DNA of 64,000 nucleotides from the human T2T-CHM13v2.0 reference genome, Homo sapiens. The notes beneath the pieces are model-generated. The model was given only the letters and a program-made list of their open reading frames with translations, was not told where the DNA came from and made no database searches. Made by a program: the position numbers and the translations under genes. The stretch lies in the NCBI RefSeq assembly GCF_009914755.1, contig NC_060933.1. The stretch is one strand, 5' to 3'. Positions 14,511 through 26,840 of the stretch are shown here, one piece after another (the first letter of the stretch is position 1; each line of letters begins with the position of its first letter).

Positions 14511-15023
14511 CACTCATAAGAATTAATCTCATCATAAAGAAAAAAAATCCTGTGGGCCACCTGCCTACCACTTTTCAGATGGATAATGGCATTCATAATT
14601 CTACAGTATCACTTTGAATTCTTTTCTAGTAAGAAAATTTGCACATATTGAATTCCTAACTTTTTGAGGCATGAAAGAGTTTGAGGTTATACATAAACCA
14701 TATCCCCTATGTTACTTCTGGGTTTCTGTCATTCTATTTTACTCTCTCCTTCATAAGATGTCAAGGATGTATTACAACCAGAATGTACTTCTTACCTGTC
14801 TTGCTACATTCACATTGTGGTGCACATGAGAATGCTGAGATTAAAGGCTCAAAAATGAACACCTTAAAAAGAGAGCTGAATCTATCATTTCTAGCAGAAA
14901 TGGAATCACAAGTATTTGGGCCAGAAGTATGAAATGTTTTGTTAAGTAAAAAAAGGCTCATTGATAAAACAACTTCTTTGTATTTTCTATAAAATCAAGA
15001 AAATTGTTCAAAATATAGAACAA

Positions 15024-15338
15024 GGCCTGGAACAGTGGCTCATTCCTGTAATCCCAGCACTTTGGGAGGCTGAGGCTGAGACAGGCAGATTGCTTGCGCA
15101 TGGGAGTTCAAGACCAGCCTGGGCAACAATGGTGGAACCCCGTCTCTATAAGAACTACAAAAATTATCCAGGTATGCTGGTGTATGCCTATAGTCCCAGC
15201 TACTCAGGAGGCTGAGGTGGGAGGATTGTTTGAGTCCAGGAGGCAGAGGTTGCAGTAAGCCGAGATTGGGCCACTACACTCCAACCTGGATGACAGAGCA
15301 AGACCCTCTCTCAAAAAAAAAAAAAAGAAAAAGAAAAA
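15024..15338 (+). mobile_element. AluJ (Jb-like), full-length
   Basis: Dimeric Alu with J-type gaggctgaggtgggaggattgtttgagtccagg and an A-rich tail. Confidence 0.93.
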
Positions 15339-15384
15339 ATATATATATATACACACACACACACGCGCACACGCGCGAGAGAGA
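15339..15384 (+). repeat. compound microsatellite (AT)n(AC)n(GC)n(GA)n
   Basis: atatatatatatacacacacacacacgcgcacacgcgcgagagaga seen directly after the Alu tail. Confidence 0.9.
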
Positions 15385-15638
15385 AGGTGCAACAAAAAAC
15401 CATTGTTTTCATTCTACTTACATTTTTAAACTACTATTTTTCTCATTCCTTCATCTCACAAAATACTTTTGTATTTATAAGAAAGTACTTCGAATTTATC
15501 TAAATAAGCATTAATCATCTTTATCAAATTTCTGGCTAGGACCAAATTTTTGAAATAAAAACAAAAATATAACTTTTAAATACATCCTAGAAAAAGTACA
15601 GGCAGGAAATTGGGCTTCAACATTTAAAATAGAATGGG

Positions 15639-15773
15639 AGGCTGAATGGTGTCTCATGCCTGTAATCCCAGCATTTTGAAAGGCCAAGGCAAGAGGATTG
15701 CTTAAGGCCAGGAGTTTGAGAGCAGCCTAGACAACACTGGAAGACCCTGTCTCTACAAAAAACAAACAAAAAA
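15639..15773 (+). mobile_element. FLAM_C / Alu left monomer
   Basis: Single monomer with an A-rich tail. Degenerate TSD aaaatagaatggg / aaaatacagtggg. Confidence 0.85.
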
Positions 15774-16419
15774 ATACAGTGGGGAAAAAAATAAAGCTTT
15801 GTAAGTAATATCTATTAATACAGAGTTTGTGATAATTTAGAAGATATATTTAATCATGATTGAATTCTAAGGTTAAAAAGCAGCCAAAATCAGGGGTTTT
15901 AAAATAGGAGATGACATTGTGTAATGGAGGCTTAATTCCAAATATAATCATGTTCCATGAATATGTCATTATTTTTGACAACTAAAATGGCATTTTCTTT
16001 AAAAATCCAAAATTTTGACTTACTACAAATTTGTACAGGATTTTCACAACTCTACATTGGGGATGAACTTTTATTGCACATAATTAAAAAACAACAGAAT
16101 GGTGAAACAAGTGTTTTATTTTTCAGTAGTTGTGTCTACAACATATGCATTTCTCCTTTAATCTGCAAGTATTTTTAAATTTTTAAGAATCATTCTCTCA
16201 CTAGATAAGAGGAAGGAGACCCTCTGTTATAAAAGCAGTTGCCGGGAACTAACAATCTGTAACCATAACTATCTCGCTCTAATGGTAGGTGCAAAAGTAA
16301 CTCTTATAAGGCATTGTCTTAGCCTGTAGTCCCCTTACTGCTAAAATAAAAGAATCACAGGACGTTGAGAGTTAAAGAGAACTTTAAAATTAATTTTTTC
16401 TTCTTGAGTCACTTAGTGT

Positions 16420-16790
16420 GTTTTTTAAAAAAATTATTGAAGTATAGCTGAAATAAGATAAACTTTATGTATTTACAGTGTACAGTTTGATTAGTTTTGA
16501 CATCTAAAACCAGCACCACAATCAAGCTAACGAACATTTGCATTGCCCCCTAAACTTTCCCTTGGTATCTATCCCAGATCCCTCTCCCAGCCCCCTGCCC
16601 CAGTCCCCAGCTCCAAGCAACTACAGGCTGCTTTCTGTTACTATTGATAAATTTGCATTTTCTAAAATATTATGTAAATTATATAGTATGTACTCTTTTT
16701 GCTTTGCTTCTTTCACTTATGATAATTTTGAGATTCACCAATTTTGTCCCATGTATCAAAAGTTTTTTATTTTTAGTATTTCTGAAGTTA
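16420..16790 (-). mobile_element. L1M (MB/ME-like) 3' UTR fragment
   Basis: ttattgaagtatag...gtgtacagtttgattagttttgaca...caccacaatcaag...gctttctgttactattgataaatttgcattttcta. Confidence 0.78.
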
Positions 16791-16875
16791 ATTATTTTAT
16801 TCATATAAGGTCCCTTAGTGGGCAAATTGATGAGCTGAAATTCATGGTTATGTCCATAGTCACATACTTTGTAAG

Positions 16876-17381
16876 TGTATTAGTCAGGGTTCTCCAGAGA
16901 AACAGAGCCAATAGTCTACACATAGAGACCTAGAAAGAGGTTATGACCGCTCGGCTGAGATGTATCGTGTGGGACTAAGAAGTTCCATAGTCTGCTGTCT
17001 GCTCCCTGGAGGCCTAGGAAAGCCAGGGTTGTCATTCTAACACAGGCCCAAAGGACTGAGAACCAGTGAAGCCAAGGGTGTAAGTCCCAATCCCAATATC
17101 AAGACCCAAGAGCCAGGAGCATCAGTGCTGAAGGGCAGAAGAAGATACACGTTCCAGCTTGAGAATGAATCTGCCCTTCCTCTACCGTTCTGTTTTATTT
17201 GGGCCCTAATGGCTTGGATGATGCCTGCCCACATTGCTGAGGGTGAGTCTCTTTATTCAATATACTGATTCAACTGACATTCTCTCTGGAAATGCCCTCA
17301 TAGACATACCCAGAAATAATGTCTTACCCGCTTACCTGGACATCCCTTAGCCCAGTCAAGCTGACACATAAAATTAACCAA
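16876..17381 (-). mobile_element. MLT2B-like solo LTR (ERVL)
   Basis: tgtattagtcagggttctccagagaaacaga...cccttagcccagtcaagctgacacataaaattaacca is the reverse complement of an MLT2 LTR. Confidence 0.9.
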
Positions 17382-17754
17382 GAGTGTGCTTTACAAGATA
17401 ACATTATTAAATTAATATAATATTATTCAAAAATGTTACCCTTAGCCTCAGAAATCCCACTACTTTGGCAACAAGCAAATGATCCTCAGGGTCAGCTAGG
17501 CTATGGCCATTACTACATGAAATGGGAAGGAAATTTTGAGAGAGAAGGAACAAAAATTACTCTGAGCCATTCTTGCTGGTTCCTGAGATACCTACAAAGG
17601 AAGAATTACAAAATTCTAATATAAGAAGACTTTATATCTTTGTGCTTTGTTATTTTAAGGATTGAGCTACTAAAATTAGACTATATGGGCAAGGAGCAGT
17701 TAAAAATACCACTTCCAAAAAAGCTTTTGGAAGAAGATGGGAATATGAGTAAGG

Positions 17755-17786
17755 GTTGGGGTAGGGAGTTGTTGGGGTAGGGAGTT
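17755..17786. repeat. exact 16-bp tandem duplication
   Basis: gttggggtagggagtt x2 (17755-17770, 17771-17786). Confidence 0.95.
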
Positions 17787-17945
17787 TCTTCTGGACCACA
17801 GCCATCCCAGAATATATTGTGTTCCCTAAAGTGTGAAAGGTATATTAAAAAGAACAGCAATAGGGAGTTTCTTCTGGACCACAGCCATCCCAGAATATAT
17901 TGTGTTCCCTAAAGTGTGAAAGGTATATTAAAAAGAACAGCAATA
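17778..17945. repeat. exact 83-bp tandem duplication
   Basis: tagggagtttcttctggacc...aaaaagaacagcaa is identical at 17778-17860 and 17861-17943, with a 2-nt (ta) junction microhomology. Confidence 0.97.
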
Positions 17946-18289
17946 CAGAGTGAAGCCAATTCTAGAATTATCTTTCTTGCAATTCTGGTATTGCAAACAT
18001 ATTTGCAATGTTAATTAAAAAAAAAAAAAACAAATGCTTATTACATGGTCTGAACACTGAGCAATCTCATGAAACAGAGTTCTCTGAGAAGAGTCTCCAG
18101 GAAAGGACTAGACCAACATAGGTTAGTGTGGCAGTAAGAAAATACCAATGTTGGTCAGAGACAAGAGAAGGGAAAAATATCCTTTTCTTAATCAGTATTC
18201 TGTACACTGTTCTTCATTTGTTCTTTCATTGCTCCTGACCAGTAAAATCCAACCCTGGACACCTCATTGTTCATCTCCTTTGCAGGATT

Positions 18290-19135
18290 AACTCCCTTGA
18301 CCCAGTGTATAAATACTGAAGTTCCTCTCTGCTCAACATGCAGCCCTCTTCTTTCTCTCTGGCAATCTCATTCAGTCCCAATGCCTTTAATTGCCACTTA
18401 TACATGGTGACTCACAATTGTGTAACTCCAACCCAGATCTCCCCTCATAGCTCTAGAGGTACCTATCCACTAACCTACTTGAAAAATCCTCTTGAATGTC
18501 CCAAAGTCATCTGAAAGTCAACATGCCAACGAGAAGGTGTTGATCTTCCTCCTCAAAAGGATCCTCTTCCACAATTCCCCTATCTCAGTGAATGATACAT
18601 CCCGCTACCCATGCATAGGGCCATCCTTGACATCGCTCTCTCCCTCATCCTCCTCCCACATCGAAGGCATCATCACTTGTTGTTGTCTTTACTCTCTAAG
18701 CACAGTCTCTTTCCATCTGGTCCACTTCTACCAATTTCTGCTGTTTCCATCCTAGATTAAGTTACCATCATGGACAATTTAAGCAACTACCTAACAAATC
18801 AACCCATATGTCTTCTAGTTTTTAAGATGTATTCTCTGAGCCAGAAGGATCTTTCAAAACACAAACCATCCCTTCCTACTCCTCAGAATATCTGAAATTC
18901 AATCATTTTTAAAATTCTTCCTACTAAATAGCTTTTAAATCTATCCACCTTTTTTCAATCCTAATGCCACTAAACTAGACCCTAACATTGTCATCACCTC
19001 TTTCCTAGATTATACCAAATGCTTTGAAATTTTTATCCTCATCTGTGGTCTTTGCCTTTAAAATCTGTGTTACAAGTGCAACCAAAGTGATTGTCCTAAA
19101 GCAAAAGCTTATGTCCCTCCCTTGCTTAGACCACT
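18290..19135 (+). mobile_element. L2 LINE fragments
   Basis: gcaatctcattcagtcccaatgcctttaattgccacttatacatggtgactcacaa...ctccaacccagatctcccc matches the L2 RT (YADD) region and downstream sequence. Confidence 0.8.
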
Positions 19136-19464
19136 TAGTTAAAATCAAACAGAAAAATCAGCAACATGAAACTATGAATATACATAAATATCACTTTCAT
19201 CTCATATGAGGCATTCATACATGAGACTTCCTAGTCCTAGAATATAAGATGTAAGAAACAAAAAATAAACAGGGTTAAACACTGTATGCATTTGTTAACA
19301 AGATGTAAAATGTATCACAAATGTTTCATTGATGAAATGATGGTCATTTCTGTGAGATGAACTTCCTGGTAAGTATAATCAACCAGACACAGGAGGAAAA
19401 AAAGTGCCTATGATCTGCTAAAGGGGTCTAAGCTGGGGCTAGCATCTGTAAATAGAAAAGTCCT

Positions 19465-19600
19465 TATTCATTCAGCAAATACTTATTGAGCAATTAGTCC
19501 ATGTACATTAATTTGGCGGGCAATTTTTAGCATATGCAGAAGTGTAAGAAGTGGTCCCTACCCTCAAAGTCCCCACAATGTACTTGAGGAGCCAAAAATA
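19465..19600 (-). mobile_element. L2 3' end
   Basis: attcattcagcaaatacttattgagca...ggtccctaccctcaaag. Confidence 0.65.
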
Positions 19601-21074
19601 ATATGAGAAAAGTTTAAAAGCCCACAACCAGAAGATGTCACAGAAGGAAAAAATGAGGTAGGATAAAAGAGATTAAGAGGTGCATAAAAGCTTTGTAGCA
19701 AATACACAGAAGTAAGAAAGCTAAATGTTTAATTAAAAGTTGTAGATGAACTAGCCTATGAGTTAGGACAGAACTTTTGACTCACAGAAGCTTTTATCAA
19801 CATTTTTGGTTGTATAGACAACTTGGATTTTGTGTTACAATCCAAGTACAGACAACTTGAATTTTGAGGGATAGTGGTATGTCATGACATTTAATATGAT
19901 TTGAGGTTCCATCATATGTTTAGCAGTGGTCTTAACTCCCTAAAGATTTTAGATCTCCCTAACGGTATGTTAACTGAATGTTAGCCTGTGAATTTTGCAC
20001 AGATAATTCACATATGGACAAACCACACAAATGATTCATCCAGACGATGATACCATAAAATATCGTTATTTAAAATATTTCTCATAAGATTGCAAGAAAT
20101 TCTTTTAAATGAAAGGTCATTAAGCATCTTTATATCTAACTAGCAATCCAACTTGATATATTATTCCATAAATAACATCTCATCCAGTCATACTGCCTCA
20201 GGTTACAGCAAAGTTAGACTATACCAGCATGCTCTGGGTGAGTGAGGTAGTTGCAAGGAAAATGTCAAATACTGTTTCACGGACAACATTTTAGGAGCAA
20301 GAATGAGTCTGCTGGTTTTTTCCAACTCATATTTTATGGTGTCAATAGAGACAACAAAAAATCCCTATATGAGGTAGACATTTTGTCCAGAATTTCATGA
20401 AAAAAGCATCATATAAACTAGTTGATATTTTTGGTTGATCTCTAAGTTCTCATGTATTTTCAAAATAATGACTTGCACATTTATGCAATCCTCTCCAGAT
20501 CCCAGCATTGCCAAAGTTAAAATTGTGTTTAGTTTTTTTAAAGGCAAACCATAAATTAAGTACTTTGACTTGATAAAAAGAAGTGCTTAGTTCAACTAAT
20601 AATTAGCTGAAGGGTAATAGTTCAGCTATTAAGTGTATTTGCTGTCAAAAGATCAGCCACTTTCATTTACCTTTTTGCAATATTTCTCCATCTTTTTTGC
20701 CCTTTGTTAAATTTTAAAAAAGATAATACATTCTAAATGTCAAGACTGGATAGTATATTAAATATTTCAACATTTGGAAACACTAACACCCCATCTTTTT
20801 TTCCCCTTACAGTTCACACTAATTTGTCCTGATTTCATAACCAAGTAATTTAAACAGTGTAGTCTCTGTTCAGTCTTCAGAAACACCATTACAGTAGCCT
20901 TCATGTGTTACAGCACAGTTGGGGCAAAAGTCTTTGAAATGAGTGAAAGTGAATTTAAAGGGAATAACTAATTTCAGGAATACCAGCTGCCAAATGCTTC
21001 AACTTACCTAGTAACCACTATTCTCTAAAGTAGTCTTTTTCTTACTGTAGAACTTTTTATACTTTATCCAACAA

Positions 21075-21200
21075 TCTCATATACATTATTTTATTCATCT
21101 TCACATTATCCTTTGAAAGAGGTAGTGTTATCTACATTGTTTCAAATGAGAAAATTGATCTGAATGTTAACTGAACTCACCAAACTAGTAAGAATTATAC
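21075..21200 (-). mobile_element. MIR fragment
   Basis: cattattttattcatcttcacattatcctttgaaagaggtag...caaatgagaaaattga. Confidence 0.55.
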
Positions 21201-21269
21201 TAGATATGCTTTGTTGTCTGCAAGCTTTCCACCCAAAACTGCTAAATGGATCAGAAATGGATATTTCAC

Positions 21270-21690
21270 CCCAAACCAATGAACACTTCATTAGCTTGTC
21301 CTGAGAATTTGAACTGAGACAAAAAGAGGCTATTGGCGGATGTCGGCTTTGGAAATGAAAGGTCACGCTATGGTTTGAGGGACCAAGAAATGACTTTGCA
21401 AAGTCATATCCAATATGGGCAAGCAAAAGAAACCAGTGAAGGAAAAATAAAGTTGACACGTTAAGATGAGAGGGAAGATGACATGAAGGGAAATGTGCAG
21501 CCTAGAAGAGAGAAAGAAAGGGAGCTCGTTACTGGATTTCTCTTCTGATCCACACAGGGTCTGGCTGTACTTTATTTGCTGATCTTAGATGACAGTCAAA
21601 TTGACTACTGAAGGCTTACACTGAATCCTTTGGCTTAAGCTAGCCTGAGTGGGCTTCTGTCACAACCAGAGCTTCCTTAACTGAAGAACA
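21270..21690 (+). mobile_element. ancient ERVL-type LTR remnant (LTR33-like)
   Basis: 3' end cctttggcttaagctagcctgagtgggcttctgtcacaacc resembles LTR33/MLT ends. The 5' boundary is uncertain. Confidence 0.4.
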
Positions 21691-22039
21691 GTGGTAGAGC
21701 CCTGACTTGAATCATTAAGCTCTGGGTTTATTCCCAATGCTCTTTGTCATGCACAAAATTGTGAATTTTCTCTTCCTTATAGAGTTCATTCACTAGATAC
21801 TGTAAAGTGGCAGAATGCATTCACCTGGTATGAGTTTCTAATCAATCTATAGATAGATTAGATAGATGGAGTATATGACTTTATTAATATATGTAATAGA
21901 AATATTGTTATATATGGAATAACTAGGAAAATGATAAGTAATAATTGGAAATTAGAAAACAACATTTAAGAAAAATATATAAATGAAAGTCTTAGAAATC
22001 ACAAGTCTCTTAAATAATCCAAAGCTATCAGTATTTTCA

Positions 22040-22870
22040 AGTGACCAGTAGGTATATGAAAAGATACTCAACACCACTAATCAGAGAAATACAAATCAAA
22101 ACCACGATGAGATACCATATTTTCCTAGTCAGAATGGCTGTTTATTAAAAAGACCAAAAATTACCAAATTTTGATAAGGATGCAGAGAAAAGGGAACTCT
22201 TATACACTGTTGATGGGAATGTGATCTAGTATATCCACTATGGAAAACAGTATGGAGATTTCTCAAAAAAACTAAAAATAAAATTACCAATTGACCCGGC
22301 AATCCCAATACTGGGTATCTATTCAAAGGAAAAGCAATTAATATATCAAAAGGATACTGCACTCACATGTTTATAGCAATACTCTTCACAATAGCAAAGA
22401 TATGGAACCAACCTAAGTGTCGACTGGCAGATAAACGCATAAAGAAAGTGTGGTATATATACACAATAGTATACCGCTCGGCCATTAGAAGAAGAAAATC
22501 ATGCCTTTAAAGTAACATGGATGGAATAGGAGGTCATTATCTTAAGTGAAACAAATATTGCAGTTCTCACATGTGTAAGCTAAAAAATTTGAATACATGG
22601 AGGTAGAGATTTAAAAAATAGATAACAGAGACTGGAAAGGGTGAGTGGGGGAGAGGAGGGAAGATGAAGAGAAGTGGTTTAAAGAGTACAAATATACGGT
22701 AAGAAGAAATAAACTCAATGTTTGAAAACAGAGTAGAGTGGCTATACTTAACAAAAATCTATTGTACTCAGGTGATGGGTACCTAAAATACCCTGACTTG
22801 ATCATTGCAAATTATATATATATGTAAAAAAATTTCTCACATACCTCACAAGTTTGTACAAGTAACAAAT
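22040..22870 (+). mobile_element. L1MA4/4A-like 3' fragment
   Basis: ORF2 end (caaatcaaaaccacgatgagatacc) plus 3' UTR gataacagagactggaaagggtg...ctatacttaacaaaaatctattgtactcaggtgatgg. Confidence 0.88.
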
Positions 22871-23089
22871 ACATTATTAGTATTTTCTGCAACCAAAACA
22901 AAAACAAACAGACCTCTAACACAAGATATTAAAACAAAGTTTTACCAAAATTTAGTGAAATCGGACAAATATCAACCAAAGTCAATTTCTATGTTGCAGG
23001 CCAATGTGATGAGCAAGGAAACGTGCTGATATGTCTTCAGCACCAACTTATCATACATCACCTTTGAAGACTGCTGGTATACATGTGAC

Positions 23090-23230
23090 CTTTTATCACA
23101 CACATGCTTATTAAATCCTAAGCAACTTCAAGAGAAAAGTGTTCCCCTATTTCACAGGTGAAAAAAAAATTGAGGCTCAGAAAAGCCAAGTGTCAACTCT
23201 AGAGTTACAGAGATTATAAATGATAAAATC
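23090..23230 (-). mobile_element. MIR fragment
   Basis: cccctatttcacaggtgaaaaaaaaattgaggctcagaaaag. Confidence 0.65.
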
Positions 23231-23440
23231 CACTTTTACTCAGAGGTGAGAGAGGACACAACATGGTTTAAAGACAGCCTTGAGCATAACAGGTAAATAA
23301 ATGTGTGAGTTAATGAAAAAATTGCTTAGGCAGGAAGAAGGAATGAAGGCAGTGATGCAGCCCACTAACCTACAAAACCTACAAAGGCATAAACTCCCTT
23401 CTTTCTTCTCAACGATCCTGACAATATTCTCCCTCTCATT

Positions 23441-23472
23441 CACACCCACCCACCCACACACACACACACACA
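23441..23472 (+). repeat. (CA)n/(CCCA)n microsatellite
   Basis: cacacccacccacccacacacacacacacaca. Confidence 0.85.
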
Positions 23473-24092
23473 AAGTGACGAAGGCTCTGCCACATGCTTC
23501 ATTAAATGGGAACATTTAATTTTATGATTTTTTTTCTATTGGCACTTTTTCTACTCTGCTTATAACAATGTATTTTCCATTGCTTATCATAACTGGATTC
23601 ACCTAGAGATTTTACAAATTTGTGGGAAGCTTGGGCAGAATCTAGGACTATCATTTCAGAAGATGTTTCTGCTACAACAGAAGTTTCTATTAAAGAATGG
23701 ATTCTAGTGATGTGATATGAACATTGCAATGTATTTGATTTATATATTTCATCCAAATTTAGTAATACTTGCCCATGTCAGAAAATATTTTTACTTCTTA
23801 GATTTGAAAGCCTTAAAATACGGGCATTAAGCCTATTTAACCTAAGATTGTGGGGAAGAACATATGTAGTTATTGAACTGACAGAATGATGCTATCTTGT
23901 AGCAAACAAAATGTCCTACATTTCTAAGAAAGATGATATTTATTAATAATTTAGAAGAAATCAAGAAACATCAGAGCTAGAGAAAAGCCAAAAGACTACT
24001 GCATACATTTCCATGTTACAGATGAGGAACCTAAGGCCTTCCCAGGTGTCAGCAGGTGAGCAATACTTATCAGGTGCTCTTTGTATCACAAG

Positions 24093-24139
24093 TATGTATG
24101 TGTATATGCATGCATGTATGTTTGTATGTATGTATGTAT
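24093..24139 (+). repeat. imperfect (TATG)n repeat
   Basis: tatgtatgtgtatatgcatgcatgtatgtttgtatgtatgtatgtat. Confidence 0.8.
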
Positions 24140-25808
24140 TTAACTCTTGGAAGGCAAATAATTGTATTAATCTCTGCATTCATAAGCACCCAATAACTTA
24201 CCTGGCTGAGCATGAGTGTGCTGTTAAGTGATGGTTGAATGAGTCATGAACTCATAAAATGCAACTGGTACTTCTCAAGCACAAGTTCTAATAAAGACAA
24301 GGAAGTAGATGACTGGTCTTTTAATCATGCAATATTCACCCGCATTGATACTGCCATTTAGTGTTCCTGATTTGCTTGCAAAGAAGCTCAGGGATACCCT
24401 TTTGTGTCAGAGAAGATAAACAGGAGACATAGGAGCCAGCTAGAATTTCCCTAGGCTCAGAAATACCTCCTTCATCCTCAGCAACTCTGGGGCCCTGATA
24501 ATGAACCTTCTCACAATCTCCTCTAACACAGCAGAGGAGAAGCAGGGCTAGTGTCTCTGGTGCAGTTCCCAGGCTCCAATCTGAGAGTGCACGGAGGAGA
24601 GAACAAGCATCCTACATTCACTCACTGAGCTGTGTAATACACTGGTTATGCACTCACCTGTCAAGATGACATCAGGACCGTGTCTCTAGATAAGGCTGCA
24701 TGGACTGATCAACCATGTGTGCTTTGTGCAGAGCCTCTACTCTTACAGAAAATCCTCCTCAGTTTCCGTAACTGGACACAGATCCAGATTAGTTGGTAGG
24801 ATCTGCTGTTTGGAGTTAGGCTGCTCCTCCATCTTCCTTGGACCACGGCATCTGCCTTCTTGTGGTCTGAGGCAGAATTAGATTTTATTAAAGATACTTT
24901 AGATTTGATTTCAAGTTACAATTTTGTTCAAATGTTATGGGGAGCAAAATGTCACTGAAAAGAGGTTAGCTGTGAAAAGCAATGAACGACTGCCAATGCC
25001 ATTGTGCTAGTGACTTAATGTGCTGGTGTTTCTGGGGGATGTCTAACCACCTGTCATGCTGGAACAGGCTGACTGATCAGCCATGCCATGCACTGTCTCC
25101 CCAAGAAATGTCCCCTTCAGAAGAGAGGTGGTGGTTTTCCAGGGATATAGAGAAGAATGTTATATGCACTTATGAGTCCCATTGAGAGCCTTTGAGACAC
25201 AATCCACCAAGGAGATACAAAATATGAGATTAACCTAGGAACAGGGAAAACAGTGCAATACAAATCACGTAATGGTTTTCAACCTAAAAAAGTATACAGT
25301 GAATGAACTAGTGTTTCAAAATGTTTAAATAACATAGTCTGGTTTTTAATTCTGCATATCCGAAACAAAACACACACTGTTCAAAAGAAGTTTCCTTCCA
25401 CTCTTTTCCTCCAACAGTCTCTGAAGTCCCTACAGAAGTCAACTTTTCTTCTGAAGCAATCTGTGCCTGCTAACATCTTCCTGAGAGGTTCTATCAACGT
25501 TTTAAAAATGTTTTAATGTGTTTATCAGGATACATTGACTGCTTCCAAAAAGGATGTAAGAGGAATAGTTTCCTGAGTGTCAACTATGTGTGGTACTTGG
25601 CATTAAGGAGCACAAGAATAGCAGTCCTCCAAGCGGTCAGTTTGCCTGCTCCACACCATTACTGGACTGGGTTCATTTGGGAGATGAACTGTTCTCTGGA
25701 TATCAAAGAGTGGGAATGACTACAGATGGCATTAGCCAGAGAAATGATAGGTCATTTTTCTGAATTAAAAAAAAAAAACAAAAAAAAAACCCCAAGTGAC
25801 AAGAGTGA

Positions 25809-26163
<355 letters not shown>

Positions 26164-26289
26164 GACTTCTCTTTTATCTTCCCCACATATGTGGAAGCTC
26201 AACCTGTCCAGATTTGCCACTAAACCTACAAAAATGTCTGTTTTTTACTTTCCCAATTCTGAAAAAATCCTTGGTAGAAAGGGACATAG

Positions 26290-26400
26290 AAGACTGATTT
26301 CGATTCCCAGATCTGTCCCTAGCCACATAGCATAAGACAAGTCATTTAGTGTCTTTTGGTCAATTTCCTCATCCTTTCTGATGGGCATAGCAATACCTGT
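26290..26400 (+). mobile_element. MIR fragment
   Basis: gacaagtcatttagtgtcttttggtcaatttcctcatc...gatgggcatagcaatacctg. Confidence 0.55.
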
Positions 26401-26644
26401 AACAAAACAATCGCTTATTTAAAAATTCACAATTTATATGGAACTGGTTTCAAAATACAAAAGCTCCTTCAACTGCTCTGATATTTTTATATTTTTATGT
26501 CTAATGTACTGCATTATAGCACAAGTCCCATTCGTATTATAACTGCTACCTTCAATGCTGTCACAGAAAGCAATGTATCCCTATAACCATTCCCAGAGGC
26601 TGACACCTTTTGTACTCACATATGGACAATGCTGAATGCCTGCA

Positions 26645-26840
26645 AAGTGTAATAATCAAAAGTGTAGACTTCATTGGATTCAAAATTCTATTCTGGTGTT
26701 TATGGGCAAGGAAGTTGACCTTCCTGAGCCTCGGTTTCCTTTTCTGTAAAAGATAGGTGACAATAGAACTATTACAAGGATGAATAAGATAAGGTAAGAA
26801 AAATGTCTAACACTACTGAATGTTACCTGCTGCTTGTTAA
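26645..26840 (+). mobile_element. MIR SINE
   Basis: gggcaaggaagttgaccttcctgagcctcggtttccttttctgtaaaa core. Confidence 0.75.

Noticed and set aside
17778-17945. Direct repeats as a CRISPR-like array (also 58978 and 61542)
   Set aside because: Only two copies each, no series of unique spacers, no cas genes, and the DNA is primate.
25390-25560. Strong + strand acceptor tttccttccactcttttcctccaacag
   Set aside because: No convincing matching donor or recognisable reading frame. Isolated sites like this are expected by chance.
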